DNA of 64,000 nt from Babesia bigemina (lineage: Eukaryota): positions 186,001-250,000 of the forward strand of contig NC_027217.1 in the NCBI RefSeq assembly GCF_000981445.1, read 5' to 3'. Positions 21,142-32,261 of this stretch are shown one piece after another. Both the position numbers and the translations under genes were made by a program. The notes beneath the pieces are model-generated. The model did not search any database. It was not told the DNA's origin and saw nothing but the letters and a program-made list of their open reading frames with translations. Position 1 is the first letter of the stretch. Each line of letters begins with the position of its first letter.

Positions 21142-23402
21142 ATGTTGGGCAGCACGGCAAATCTCGCCTGTCGCTCAGTCCGCGCGGCGGTCGCTGCGCG
21201 GCAGCCGGCCGGGCCTTTCTCCCTGGTCTTCGTGGAGCGGTTTACAACTCACCGCATGTACCGCCTGCGCCGGGCCGTCGCGGATGACCTGGCCAGCGGC
21301 CGCCTCGACGAGCATACGCTGCGCGAGGCTAATCGCGTAGACCCGCGGATCACGGTGAACGCCGTGGAGGCGAGACATTCGAATGGATTCCCTAATGACG
21401 AGGGCGTTCTGCGCGAGTATCTAAAGGCGCTGACGCTGACTAACGCCATAGACTCAAGAAGTTTGAAGGATCTTGTTCGTGCACTGCCGTCGCGGAGCAC
21501 ACCGGCCGCAGACGCAGATTCTCCTCCTGACCCACGTGTGTTGGTACGTTCGCTATATTTTTTATGCATGTGCAATGCGTTATCAGGAGCAGTTGAGGCA
21601 CGTTTTCGATCGCAATGAGATGTATCTTAAGTCCGATGCAAAGCACCCCGTTCACGTCGTGGTGACCCCTGCCGCCAGCAGCGTGTTCACGCGCGCTCTA
21701 AAAGCGCTTGTATCGGTCGGCTCTATCGCATTCTGCTTCGGCACACTCTACATACTCACAAGCCAGAATATCCAGCGCGGACTCAAGCACTCTTTCAAGG
21801 TGGTGGACCCAGATGACCTGGACACCACCTTCGCCGATGTCAAGGTTGGTTTTCTAGAAGGGGATTACTGATGCATGCGCTTCTAGGGGTGTGACGAGGT
21901 CAAAGCCGAATTGGACGAGGTCGTTGCTTACCTGCAGAACCCCGAGCGGTTCGACCGCCTGGGGGCGCGCCTACCCAAGGGCGTATTGCTGGCCGGCCCA
22001 CCCGGCACCGGCAAGACACTTATGGCGCGGGCCATAGCGGGTGAGGCCGGCGTGCCATTCATCCAGGCCTCCGGTTCTGAGTTCGAGGAGATGTTTGTCG
22101 GCGTGGGCGCTCGTCGTATCCGCGAGCTTTTCAAGCTGGCCAAGTCCGTGGCTCCGTGCATCGTCTTCATCGACGAGCTTGATGCCGTGGGGTCACGGCG
22201 CTCGGCCACTGACCACAACAGCGTGCGCATGACTCTCAATCAACTGCTGGTTGAACTCGACGGTTTCGACAAGCGCGAGGGCATTGTTGTGCTATGCGCC
22301 ACCAACTTCCCCGAGTCGCTGGATCCGGCGCTCGTTCGCCCTGGGCGCCTCGACAAGACGATTCACATCCCTCTGCCGGATTACAAGGGTCGCTACGATA
22401 TATTGAAGCTCTACAGTAAGAAGATTTCGGTGGCCCCTGATGTGGACCTTTCCACCATCGCAAAACGCACCGTGGGCATGACTGGCGCCGACATCTTCAA
22501 CATACTCAACATGGCAGCGCTTCGCTGCTCACTGCAGGGCCTCGCGGCAGTAACTTCGTCGGCAATTGAGGAAGCATTCGACCGTGTAGTGGTCGGCCTG
22601 AAGGGAAAGCCGCTTACCAATGAGCGGGAGAAGAAGGCTACTGCCTACCACGAGGGGGGCCACACCTTGGTGAGTCTCCACACCCCGGAGGCAACCCAGG
22701 TGCACAAGGCAACGATAGCGCCACGCGGCCGCACACTAGGCGTGGTAAGTTCATGGTACACAGACGCACAAACTCCTGTCAGACGTGGAAGATCCCCGAG
22801 GAGAAGTCCGACACCCGCATGTCCGAGCTTCGTGCTGAGATCGCCGTTTTAATGGGTGGCATGGCGGCCGAGGAGGTTATATACGGCAAGGACAACGTTT
22901 CCACCGGGTGCCAGAGTGACCTGCAGAAGGCTACGGAGATCGCGCGTACTATGGTATGGATATTGCTCGTGGTTATAACAATGTCGTAGGTTCTGAACTT
23001 CGGTGTGGGTCTGGAGAACGTTAGCGGGCCCATGTTTTTGGACGCTAAGGGGTACTCTGACCTGAGTGAGGAACACCGTAAACGCGTGGATGCTGCTGTT
23101 CAACAAGTGCTAGACGTAAGTGTGGCATTCGATCATCTTACTGCGCGCAGGGTGGCTATCAGCACGCTTGCCGTGTGATCCGCGGGAATCTGGTGCAGCT
23201 GCATAATTTATCTGATGCCCTGGTACAGTACGAGACCCTCAACGCTGACGAGATCCACCACGCCGTGCAGGGAGAGATGCGGGAGATCGATGATGCTAGG
23301 CAGGCACAACAAGTTGAACTCAGAGCACAGGTGAAACGTTATTCACAGACTCAGGGGGGCAAGGATCTTATACCTGAGCCCCAGCACTCTTACCGCACAT
23401 AA
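21142..23402 (+). CDS. FtsH/YME1-like ATP-dependent zinc metalloprotease (i-AAA type), multi-exon
   Basis: [58 protein letters not shown], zinc motif AYHEGGH and MGGMAAEE. Confidence 0.95.
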
Positions 23403-23916
23403 GTAACGCATTAATAAGGTTGTATTGCCGGTTGTGTGGCTCTTACATGTTTTTGCGGTGGTGTCCATGTTATATACGGTGGTTTCTTTTTGTGGTTGTT
23501 ACGGATTGCTTGTAGCAGTAAATTGCCATTTCGATCTATTACGTGTTCCCAGTAGTTTATGGGTGTATTCGTGGCGTCAGAGCGGGGTTTTGTTTATTCT
23601 TAATACCTGTTGCTGCCAGAAGCGAATTCTGATCCCATAAAACTCCGAGATGAGACCTTAGAACTAAAAATCGAAAAATGTCATACTTTACCACGTATCA
23701 AACTCTTAAACAAAAATATGGAGTTAATTGAAACGTTAGCGGGCACTGTAACTCCGACAAGCGTTTAGCGCATGATACATTGACGATGTTGTTTACATGA
23801 GTATATCGCTGTGTGATATTAATACTTCTAAGCGGGTGGCTGTGGTACCGCTTGTATTTATTTGTGTTGTAGTTGTCCAAATAGTCGAAGGCATATTGGG
23901 CAGACGGCTTGACGGC

Positions 23917-24033
23917 GTCACCTTAGAGGTGTGATCACTCAAGTGTTTCCCAGTTCACATAGTCCTGGAAGCTGGCCGTGGAGTTTTGTAAGAGTGGATT
24001 AGTGGGTGACTGGAAGTGGATAGGATGGCGGCT
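23917..24033 (+). promoter_or_regulatory. Conserved ~110-nt leader of the large ves-related gene, shared with 37032-37224 on the - strand
   Basis: GTCACCTTAGAGGTGTGATCACTCAAGTGTTTCCCAGTTCACATAGTCCTGGAAGCTGGCCGTGG...GGATAGGATGGCGGCT is near-identical to the paralogue's leader. Confidence 0.8.
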
Positions 24034-27000
24034 AAGGGTACTTCCTCAGTCGCAGCACATGGTGTGAAACTAGACACTCTTAAGGACTGCCTCCAGTTTC
24101 TGGAGTGGTTGCATGATAAGAAGCAGGATGTTGCGAGAACGCGGGTGGCCGGTAGACTAAAGAGGTTACTAGATAAGAATTATAAAAGTGTCGACCTACA
24201 TCGTATTGAAGACGCACTGTCCCAATTTCTCAAAAATGTATCAAAGTTTTACAAGACTTTATGCGATAGAGTAGAGTATCCTAAATATACGCCTACAACC
24301 ACTACACCTGCCCTCAACGCTGTCCTAGAGTGCATTTCAAAAGTGCTTGCCGTTATGTATTTTTTGCGTTACCGTGTGGACGCGAAATTCGATAAAGTTG
24401 GCGGAGGGGGTTGGGCACAGCAGCCGGTTGGATGGGTTGCACAGTTGGCTAGATTTGATACACAAATGATTGCACGGTTGGTATCTAGTGGCAGTGAGAT
24501 TGATGCATATTTCATTGCAACAGTCGATAACAATACCTACGGTGTCATCCCTGGAGGATTTACCGCCGGTGAGTTGAAGCAGCTTTCTAGGGGTGGTTAT
24601 AATCAAGGTTCTCTTATGGTTGGGGACCTTCAAAATATTTGTGAGAAGCATGCCGGTAGCGGTTTACAAAATTATTTTCTCGACGTTTATTCAACATCAG
24701 TCATTCCTAAGACCGGTGGTACCCAAATATCGAACGTGGCCAATGCTCTCCGCTTGGTGCGAGATTTTTGTGGAATTTTTGAAAAAGTGAGGGATAAAGA
24801 AGACTTTGCAAAACATTTATATTTGAGAGATAGATGCATTGAGTTTCAAGCATTAAAGGACCATTGCGCGAATCTTAAAGTGCCTCTTGGCAACATTTTT
24901 AAACCTGAAGCCTTTTCTTTTACAGGTTACGCTCGGGAAGATAAGGACCTTAACATTGATACGTTTTCGAAGAAGATGGCTAGTTGGTTTAGAAAGAATC
25001 TGAATGCTGTGAAGAGAGAATTGGCAAATATTGAAACATTTGGTAGTAAAAAATATCCGTTTTTTAATAATCGTACTTTACGCAGCGGTTCGGGGCTACG
25101 CCAACAGGATAAAGTAAAGCTTACTGAATATTTCACTCAAAATTTTTTCCGTTATGGATTCACGTTTCATGGCTACGACTTTACAAAATGGCGAAATATG
25201 TATGATGTTTTGAAAAAGGATTGGGATGGTGTCATCGAGAAACTAAATAGGGAAGATGACGGTTTGGATAAGCTTGTGAAAATTTTGAATGGTACGATGT
25301 GTCAACTAAGGACAGAAGAAGTAGAGGATGAAGAGGCTAAGGAAGAGCTAGAAATTCAGGATGAAGATTTGAGTGTGGAAGAAGATAAACCTGTCGCCAC
25401 TAAAACCGAGGCCGCCAAGCCTGTGGTCACCAAAGCTGAGGCTGCTAAGCCGACTGTCAGCAAAACGGAAGCGACGAAAACTGAGGCTGCGAAGCCGACT
25501 TCCACTAGAGCTCAAACAGTTGAAAATGGCAATGAGCAAAATCAAGGCCTTAAATCCGAGGAAGCGCAGCACCAAGGCAAGAAAGCGGAGGGAGCACAGA
25601 ACCAGGGCAAGAAGGGGGAGGGAGCACAGAACCAGGGTAAGAAAACTGAGGGCCCAGATCAAAATAATGGTCAAAGTGAAGAAAAGTTTCCAAGTTCACC
25701 AGTTGCACAGGCTGTACAAACTCATACTTCAAGTGATTCAAGTGCAGGCTCTGAGTTACCTGGTGCCCATGCTTCCAGTGGTGGTCCGGGCCCGGTTTCT
25801 CAGGCGGGTTCTGCTGACGCTAGTCAAGCAAGTGATCGGGCACCTCAAGCAGGTGTAGGTGACAGTAATACATCCAGAAGTCAGCCTGCTGCTATCGGCG
25901 GTGATGGAGTAGGAGGGGGTGGGAGTTCTGGGATTTCGAATAAGTGTCCCGGCGGTAAAGCACCTATACAGCTTTGGCCTAATAGTGACAGTAAATATTG
26001 CCCCAGTAATGTTGATACAAATAAGCATGAAGACGTGTATAAAGCGTGGACTCCAGAACCACAAATAACGGATAAAGGTGCTCAGTATCCTAAAAATTCC
26101 AGGATCACTGATTCATACAGAACTACAAATCAAAGTATACCTCACCTTCTCGGATCTCCCCGTCAACATACGGCTGGCCCAGGTACTGGGCGTGCATTGT
26201 ACGAACCAGGAGAATGGCGACGCAGGCAGGGAGGTCGCATAGCCGAAACAGATATGCCATCTCTCGATGTTACTGGCGATCCTATTGTAGATTCGCGTGA
26301 TCACCAACACGATAGGCTCCTTGCGCAGCGACGCAAAAACGATGCAAATCGTTTAAATATACAAAAACTAGAAACCCAGCAAAAACTAGCGTATGAAGAC
26401 AAAGCACGCATACGGGAAATAGAGAAACAGAAACAAAATGCATACGAACTGTGGAAACAGAAAGAAACAAAAGGAAAAGATCAAAAACAGTACGACAAAT
26501 TTAGTGAAACTCTAAGAAGACAGAATGAAAGGAACAAGAAGGTGGCAGCAGAGTTGGATAAAATATTAAAAGAGGGAGACCCACAAAGAAAGAAGGAAGC
26601 GGAGTGGATTAAACAGCGAGAGAAAGAGGAACGTCGACAGCAAGAAGGTTTGCGGAAGTATTTGGGTTATCTGCAAAAGCATAGGGGAGATTATGCTCCA
26701 ATCATGGGTATTCCTATCCCGGAACCGCATGATTTCGCCATTGACGGCGAAGCGGTAACAACTTATAATGATACGGCATTAAAGAAACGAATGGATTTGT
26801 CTGAAATGGATTATGAAAAGTATTTAAATTCAAGTCGTGTACAACTACAACAGAGGAGGGAAGATCTGAAAAAACGGCAAAAAGAAGCAGATGAGCGTTA
26901 TAAAATAAACGCTCAACAGATATACAAAATAGATCCAAAGGTTATTAGCGATGTTATCATTGCCATTGACGAACCAAATGCCAAAGGCCTTCCCGGTCGT

Positions 27001-28971
27001 ATGCCTCCACAAGTTCCTGCATTATATTCAGGTACCATAGGCGAGGCGGTAGAGGCGCCAGAATCTCAAACAAAATCCTCGTCGCAAACACCAATATCGC
27101 ATATTGAAGGACACCATGTTTCGGATCTCAGTTTGGCACCATTGCTGATACCTCCTCTACTTATAGGTGAGCCGCTGGCACTGCCACCTCTGTCAACGGA
27201 TGATTTTGACATGATTGCAGCTAAACGTGATCATGATTTGAGAAACATGCCACACATATCTGGTGACGCAATTGATATTCCGCCAAATAGTGTTCCAACC
27301 GACAACACGCAAGCGGTGTTAGTTGAATCAGACCCATCCGCATTTGAACCCAAAGGAACGCTCAATCCAGGTTTCCAAAATGGCCGGGCTGTGACCGATT
27401 CTCAAGTCTCAATCACACTTGACGACAACATCATGGCGGAGTTAACAGGTGTCATTGGCAATACGATCAAAAACGAAACGAACAAAATTCCAACGATTGA
27501 AGTTCCAGACAATATGAACGCTCCTATATCTTTACCAGCACAACCTATAGGCTACTCTATTCCAAATTCAAATCGGGATGCCCCCGTGCAAGAACCGCGT
27601 CCAAAATTCAAGCCGCCGGATGTAAGCGGCAGTGTCACTTCCGGGTTTATTAGCGACGTTGAGTCATGGACAAAAAAGGAAGTTATGTACAATAATATAA
27701 AAAGGGATCTTGAAGCGCATAAGCAGGCGTTGGCGAACGACCAAGACCGGAGAATCAAAGAGGCACAACGATACGGAGAAGGATTTAAAAAAATGGTACA
27801 TATGCACGACGATGACAGGAATCAACATCTACTTGATGATGTACAAGAATCAACAGAAAAACTCAAGTTTCCATCACCACGCAAACTTCAAGATATTGTA
27901 TATCCCAACGAGAAACCATATGTTGCTCCGCCGGTTATTGAAACATTGCCTCATGATTTACAGTCAACTGAAACAACCGGGGATGTGTCTAAAACGTTTA
28001 TTGATGTCAACGATTCCGAGTCGCTTCCCGAAGTCAGCTTGTCCGTCGACATATTAAAACACCCACCGTTTCAGCCTCTGAATGACTACGATTACGGCCG
28101 TACATTTATGCCTTTGCCGGTAGTAGCAGGGGGTCAACTTGCGAGCACCCTTGATTCACCTAGATTGGTATCAGAGCGAAGCATCCCACTTTTTGTAAAT
28201 CCACACCTTTGTACTAACCCCTGGTCCGTTTCCACTTCCACTTCCTCCACCGATACACCCCCTACACCTACCTCCCCTCCCCCAGACACCGACCATCTAC
28301 CCCCGCCAAGAACCATCCGGGAAATGCTGTTCTGGTTTGTGGGATTGAATCAATTAGGGTATATTGGAGTGATTAGTGAGCATATGAAGAGCATTTTAAA
28401 GGATATTAACAAAGGTGCTTCCCAGATCTCAGATGGCCTTCAGGTCACCGGAGATCCCACCGAGCTTGATGCCTCCATGGTCACCGCCAAACTGACCGAG
28501 GCGTGTCTCTACTCAGCCACCGTTATCTACAGAATGAAGCATCGTGATGATTACTCAGCCTATAAAGAGTTTAAGTTTGAATCAGTATACAGTAACCTTC
28601 ATTATTCCCCCGACCCCGCCTGTCTCCTCTGCCAGCTGTGTGACTACGTCTACGCCTGCTGCCACCAGTTGGAGTTCCTCAAGTCGCAGTGTGAGAGGGA
28701 CAAACTAAGTGGTGGTTGGCAGGATTGTAAGTACGGCAGTGACATCAAGACGCCATCCCCTCTCCATTCCTTCCTGACTGACGGCTGGGACTCAGACTTC
28801 GAGACTCACCCCTTCGACCCGTGCAACCTGTGCCACAAGAGCAGAGTCAGGATGGGATTCGGGGAAAGTGATTTGCCTAAAATTCAACAAACTGGCACTA
28901 CCCTTTCCTCCATCCTCACTCCCAGTTGCGGCGGTGAGGGCCATGATGTGCTACGCTACACAAAATGGTAG
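24025..28971 (+). CDS. Large intronless ves-related variant protein (Babesia 'ribosome-binding protein 1-like' family), copy A
   Basis: N-terminal HGVKLDTLKDCLQFLEWL ves-like motif, TKTEAAKP and NQGKKAEGAQ repeats, a variable middle, and a Cys-rich C-terminal block (PPPRTIREML...CLLCQLCDYVYACCHQLEFLKSQC). The ORF track starts at GTG 24016; the first ATG is 24025. Confidence 0.8.
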   Translation: MAAKGTSSVAAHGVKLDTLKDCLQFLEWLHDKKQDVARTRVAGRLKRLLDKNYKSVDLHRIEDALSQFLKNVSKFYKTLCDRVEYPKYTPTTTTPALNAVLECISKVLAVMYFLRYRVDAKFDKVGGGGWAQQPVGWVAQLARFDTQMIARLVSSGSEIDAYFIATVDNNTYGVIPGGFTAGELKQLSRGGYNQGSLMVGDLQNICEKHAGSGLQNYFLDVYSTSVIPKTGGTQISNVANALRLVRDFCGIFEKVRDKEDFAKHLYLRDRCIEFQALKDHCANLKVPLGNIFKPEAFSFTGYAREDKDLNIDTFSKKMASWFRKNLNAVKRELANIETFGSKKYPFFNNRTLRSGSGLRQQDKVKLTEYFTQNFFRYGFTFHGYDFTKWRNMYDVLKKDWDGVIEKLNREDDGLDKLVKILNGTMCQLRTEEVEDEEAKEELEIQDEDLSVEEDKPVATKTEAAKPVVTKAEAAKPTVSKTEATKTEAAKPTSTRAQTVENGNEQNQGLKSEEAQHQGKKAEGAQNQGKKGEGAQNQGKKTEGPDQNNGQSEEKFPSSPVAQAVQTHTSSDSSAGSELPGAHASSGGPGPVSQAGSADASQASDRAPQAGVGDSNTSRSQPAAIGGDGVGGGGSSGISNKCPGGKAPIQLWPNSDSKYCPSNVDTNKHEDVYKAWTPEPQITDKGAQYPKNSRITDSYRTTNQSIPHLLGSPRQHTAGPGTGRALYEPGEWRRRQGGRIAETDMPSLDVTGDPIVDSRDHQHDRLLAQRRKNDANRLNIQKLETQQKLAYEDKARIREIEKQKQNAYELWKQKETKGKDQKQYDKFSETLRRQNERNKKVAAELDKILKEGDPQRKKEAEWIKQREKEERRQQEGLRKYLGYLQKHRGDYAPIMGIPIPEPHDFAIDGEAVTTYNDTALKKRMDLSEMDYEKYLNSSRVQLQQRREDLKKRQKEADERYKINAQQIYKIDPKVISDVIIAIDEPNAKGLPGRMPPQVPALYSGTIGEAVEAPESQTKSSSQTPISHIEGHHVSDLSLAPLLIPPLLIGEPLALPPLSTDDFDMIAAKRDHDLRNMPHISGDAIDIPPNSVPTDNTQAVLVESDPSAFEPKGTLNPGFQNGRAVTDSQVSITLDDNIMAELTGVIGNTIKNETNKIPTIEVPDNMNAPISLPAQPIGYSIPNSNRDAPVQEPRPKFKPPDVSGSVTSGFISDVESWTKKEVMYNNIKRDLEAHKQALANDQDRRIKEAQRYGEGFKKMVHMHDDDRNQHLLDDVQESTEKLKFPSPRKLQDIVYPNEKPYVAPPVIETLPHDLQSTETTGDVSKTFIDVNDSESLPEVSLSVDILKHPPFQPLNDYDYGRTFMPLPVVAGGQLASTLDSPRLVSERSIPLFVNPHLCTNPWSVSTSTSSTDTPPTPTSPPPDTDHLPPPRTIREMLFWFVGLNQLGYIGVISEHMKSILKDINKGASQISDGLQVTGDPTELDASMVTAKLTEACLYSATVIYRMKHRDDYSAYKEFKFESVYSNLHYSPDPACLLCQLCDYVYACCHQLEFLKSQCERDKLSGGWQDCKYGSDIKTPSPLHSFLTDGWDSDFETHPFDPCNLCHKSRVRMGFGESDLPKIQQTGTTLSSILTPSCGGEGHDVLRYTKW
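25540..25659 (+). repeat. Four 30-bp tandem units encoding NQGLKSEEAQ-HQGKKAEGAQ-NQGKKGEGAQ-NQGKKTEGPD
   Basis: Read directly: unit gagggagcacagaaccaggg(c/t)aagaa with period 30. Confidence 0.9.
28610..28925. repeat. 316-bp inverted repeat, left copy (matches reverse complement of 32356-32671)
   Basis: Base-by-base visual comparison found no mismatch. Confidence 0.9.
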
Positions 28972-29233
28972 TAATCGCCTAAAACGGTCATTTGTTACTT
29001 GGTGTTATATTCTACTGTCGCGATGTTCAGGTGCATCAGGGTATTGTCCGCAGTGCCATGATAGTCAGCAAAACTATCTCCCTGCAATAACTACCTAGAA
29101 CGGTGAATGGTTACTCAACGTGCCGCAAGTAGCTACATGTAGAACGAATGTGTTAGCTATTGGAACTCATCACATTGACATCAGAGGTTAGACGGCTTCA
29201 AGGAGACCATGTGAGCTGACTAAGGCTATGGGA

Positions 29234-29440
29234 TTACTGGAGTTTAGCCTTAGAATCACGGAATCCATCACGTATTTGGCCGAATATGGTACCAAGACTC
29301 ACATCATATTGTCTACCCAGGATATATAGGACCAAGACGAGAAGGGCGGAGAAACCAATAAAACCAGCAAAAGCAATGGCAATACGGATGCCGGCGCATT
29401 TGACACAACCACTACAATTCTTCTGCTCACAGAATGCCAT
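29234..29440 (-). CDS. Small Cys-containing single-TM protein (68 aa)
   Basis: MAFCEQKNCSGCVKC, then hydrophobic IAIAFAGFIGFSALLVLVLYILG and a basic tail. Shares a 22-nt leader motif with the gene at 45707. Confidence 0.6.
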   Translation of the reverse strand: MAFCEQKNCSGCVKCAGIRIAIAFAGFIGFSALLVLVLYILGRQYDVSLGTIFGQIRDGFRDSKAKLQ

Positions 29441-31617
29441 CTTTAAAACTATCACGTAGCAATTTACCCTGAACAGCAATGAACAACGAACCTCAACAGT
29501 AGAGAACCCTCGACGTATATATATGTAATGACACTACCTCACCCTTTACCTGCCACCCTCATTGTGCTGGGGCAACCGTGATTTCAGATATCCCAACGCC
29601 GCCATGACATGTATATTCAATACCGCCGCACGTGGCAAGGCGCATGCTAATAACCAAGTAACACTTCCATCCCAGTAGTCCAACGTTTCTCATTTAGGCG
29701 TATGAGCGGATAAGGATCTATGGGCAACGTTCTTCCAACTCTTTACAATCTCTATAATTTGCACTGATGCATTATTACAACTCAACGTTCACTCACTTTT
29801 GGAACACTTAAGAATTCATGCCACCTTAAAAAATACTTCCTGAGATGCCAATTTCACTACTTCGACGATCTGCTTCGATCGGTGATGCATACCATCTCTG
29901 CTCCGATAAGTCCGGATGCGTCAATCCGCTCCCGGCCCGGGTACCTTCTGATTGGTGGGAGGCATGTCGTTTTCCCCAGCTTGCTCCGCCTTCACCCTCA
30001 AACTTCAGGCTAACGGCATGGCCTCGGTTGTTGCATCCAGCATCACATGCCGGAAGCCTAGTCTGTCTTATGACCGGATACCGCTAGTTCCGGGTTTCAG
30101 GCTACTAGTATGCTTGTCACGAAGTCCATAGCTTCTCCTCGCCCCTCCTAGTCGCGACTGGTATCCGACTCCATGAAAGCGTCCACTTTCCGCACGGACC
30201 TCGTTACGTTGTACGTCGTGTTGAGCCTCTCACCCTGGGCCAATGCGGGGATCGTTCATTGGTCTTGGCTGTGGGCCCATCCTGTTGTCCGGCCTTTTCA
30301 CTTTCTTTCCACACTTAGGGCCATATCCACTCCTTTGGGGGTGTTTGCAGAAACTCGTGTTTTCAACACATATGTCGATATTACATCTCCGTTGTTGTTA
30401 ATTGTTGTATTCTATACTGACCCTGACCTAGTTGACGTACCCATCCACCCGAGGTCACTTGGGCATGTTCAACTGGGCCGAGTACAAAGACATATGACGC
30501 ATAACTATGCGTTATTAGCGTACGTCGAATGTGACCTGCGCGGTCTTAAGGTCCACAGAATATGGTGCCCAAAAGCCGTTGAGCGTATCATCGAAGTACC
30601 ACTCTCACCATGTCTTTGCCTGCGACAGTAAGTGAGGTGGCAGAATAGCGAAAACACGAAGCGCCAATCCTCACCATTTGCGCTAAGATGAATCAAGGTA
30701 CTATAATGTTTAACAGCATTGACAATTGTGCAGTTGAGCTTCCCCAAAAAAGAATTGATGGGTGGCTGAGGCCGACCGATGTGCCCAACACACATGCTAC
30801 GGAACCATTGGGTGCGTTGATGAAATGTGGCAAACGTATGCCAGTGACAGTCAAATGGATTAAAACTCCGAGTGCTTGGGCATATAATCGTGAGGTAAGT
30901 CGAAAACTGCAGCAACCGTCTGGTGTAATCCACACCTCACTCAGCCGAAGCCGTCATTCACTTCACTAAGGCACTTCGATGCCAAGCGTAGAAATAAGTT
31001 GTAAGTGTGTCTTGACTAATTATCACAATGTACAGAAATGCCGACGCGGCATGCCCTCATTGACAACTGACGACCTAAGCAAGGCGGTGGGTGACAAGGT
31101 GGATTGTGAAGCTGGGTGGCTGGTCGGTCACCCACATTGGTGTCTTTCAACTACTCTGCCAAGTGAATCTGCGGCTTACGTGTTAGGTGATCCAATGGTA
31201 CGATATAACGATTGGACATGTGGATAGGCGACGACGTAGGCACTCACAGGCGAGATGGCCAGTGAACGGCTTAGTGACGTGACATGGATGCCAAGAGTGT
31301 AAACAATAAACATATTAACAACGCTTTGTGGCTCAGCCACGAACTGCTACGCAAGCAAACGTGATGACATTCATAAGCGGCGTTGCCAACGTTGAACGGT
31401 CTGTGATGATTGAGGCCGACTGCTTACTTGGCACCGGTTGACCTGCATGTCACTGCTAGGATACCGTTCACATGCGTTGATTAGGTCATATTTCCGTTAT
31501 GATAGCTACGTAGCCGTAATGTGTCTGGCTATTCTCGGGACGACGGGCACCTGGCTGATGTTGAAGCTGATGGGAGCTCAGTTGCCTTGGCTGAGGTGCG
31601 TGGTATGAGAGTGGGTT

Positions 31618-31745
31618 GGTGAGTGCGTTGCTAGGTGATTGACATGTCTGCAGGTTGAGGGGACTGGGAGCGGCAGTGGTAGTGTTGCAGTTGGTGAGTG
31701 CGTTGCTTGAGTGATTGATGTTCGCATGTTGAGGGGACTGGGAGG
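31618..31745 (+). repeat. Degenerate ~75-bp tandem duplication upstream of a small Cys-rich gene
   Basis: GGTGAGTGCGTTGCT..GTGATTGA...GTTGAGGGGACTGGGAG occurs twice. Confidence 0.7.
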
Positions 31746-31756
31746 GGAGCGGGAAG

Positions 31757-32227
31757 ATGTCTTATTCGTTTCTGCAGTGTAGGTGTGGCACAAGTTGCAC
31801 GGAGCGTGACTGTTATTGCTGTTCTTGGTCCTGTATAGGATGCACTCGAGATAGATGTTTTCGATGTATCGAGTTCTCCTATAAGCGTAAGAGTGGACAT
31901 TTGCAATGCCATCCTGAAGGATGTAAAGATTGTAAAACCCGCACGTGTGATTGTTATTGTGGTCTAGAAAGACGCTATAACCCCAGTTCCTTTCCTTCCA
32001 CCAGTCAACACACTATTTCTCCTTCTCTCGGCCACTCCTCCACCTCCCATGCTCAGCAGTCAGTCGTCAGTCAACATACTTCAGCCAGCCACGCTGAGTC
32101 TTCCTCCTCCCCCTCCCCCGCCCCTTACATCATCGCCGCCGTCGCCCTCATCATCCTCGTCATCTGCGTCATGAGCTACTTCCGCATCCGGCCCTTCCAC
32201 AGGGTGCGGTATCTACTGCGCAGCTGA
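31757..32227 (+). CDS. Small Cys-rich single-TM protein (156 aa) with a FRIRPFHRVR tail
   Basis: Cys-dense N-terminus, Ser/His linker, TM YIIAAVALIILVICVMSY and tail FRIRPFHRVR. Paralogue of 37945-38277. Confidence 0.75.
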   Translation: MSYSFLQCRCGTSCTERDCYCCSWSCIGCTRDRCFRCIEFSYKRKSGHLQCHPEGCKDCKTRTCDCYCGLERRYNPSSFPSTSQHTISPSLGHSSTSHAQQSVVSQHTSASHAESSSSPSPAPYIIAAVALIILVICVMSYFRIRPFHRVRYLLRS

Positions 32228-32261
32228 TCACAATAACCTAACTGGCAACTGACATCTAATG

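Noticed and set aside
29845..31227. Short ORFs in the centre of the inverted repeat as a transposon or recombinase remnant
   Set aside because: No RT, integrase, transposase or recombinase motifs were recognised, and frames are short and inconsistent.
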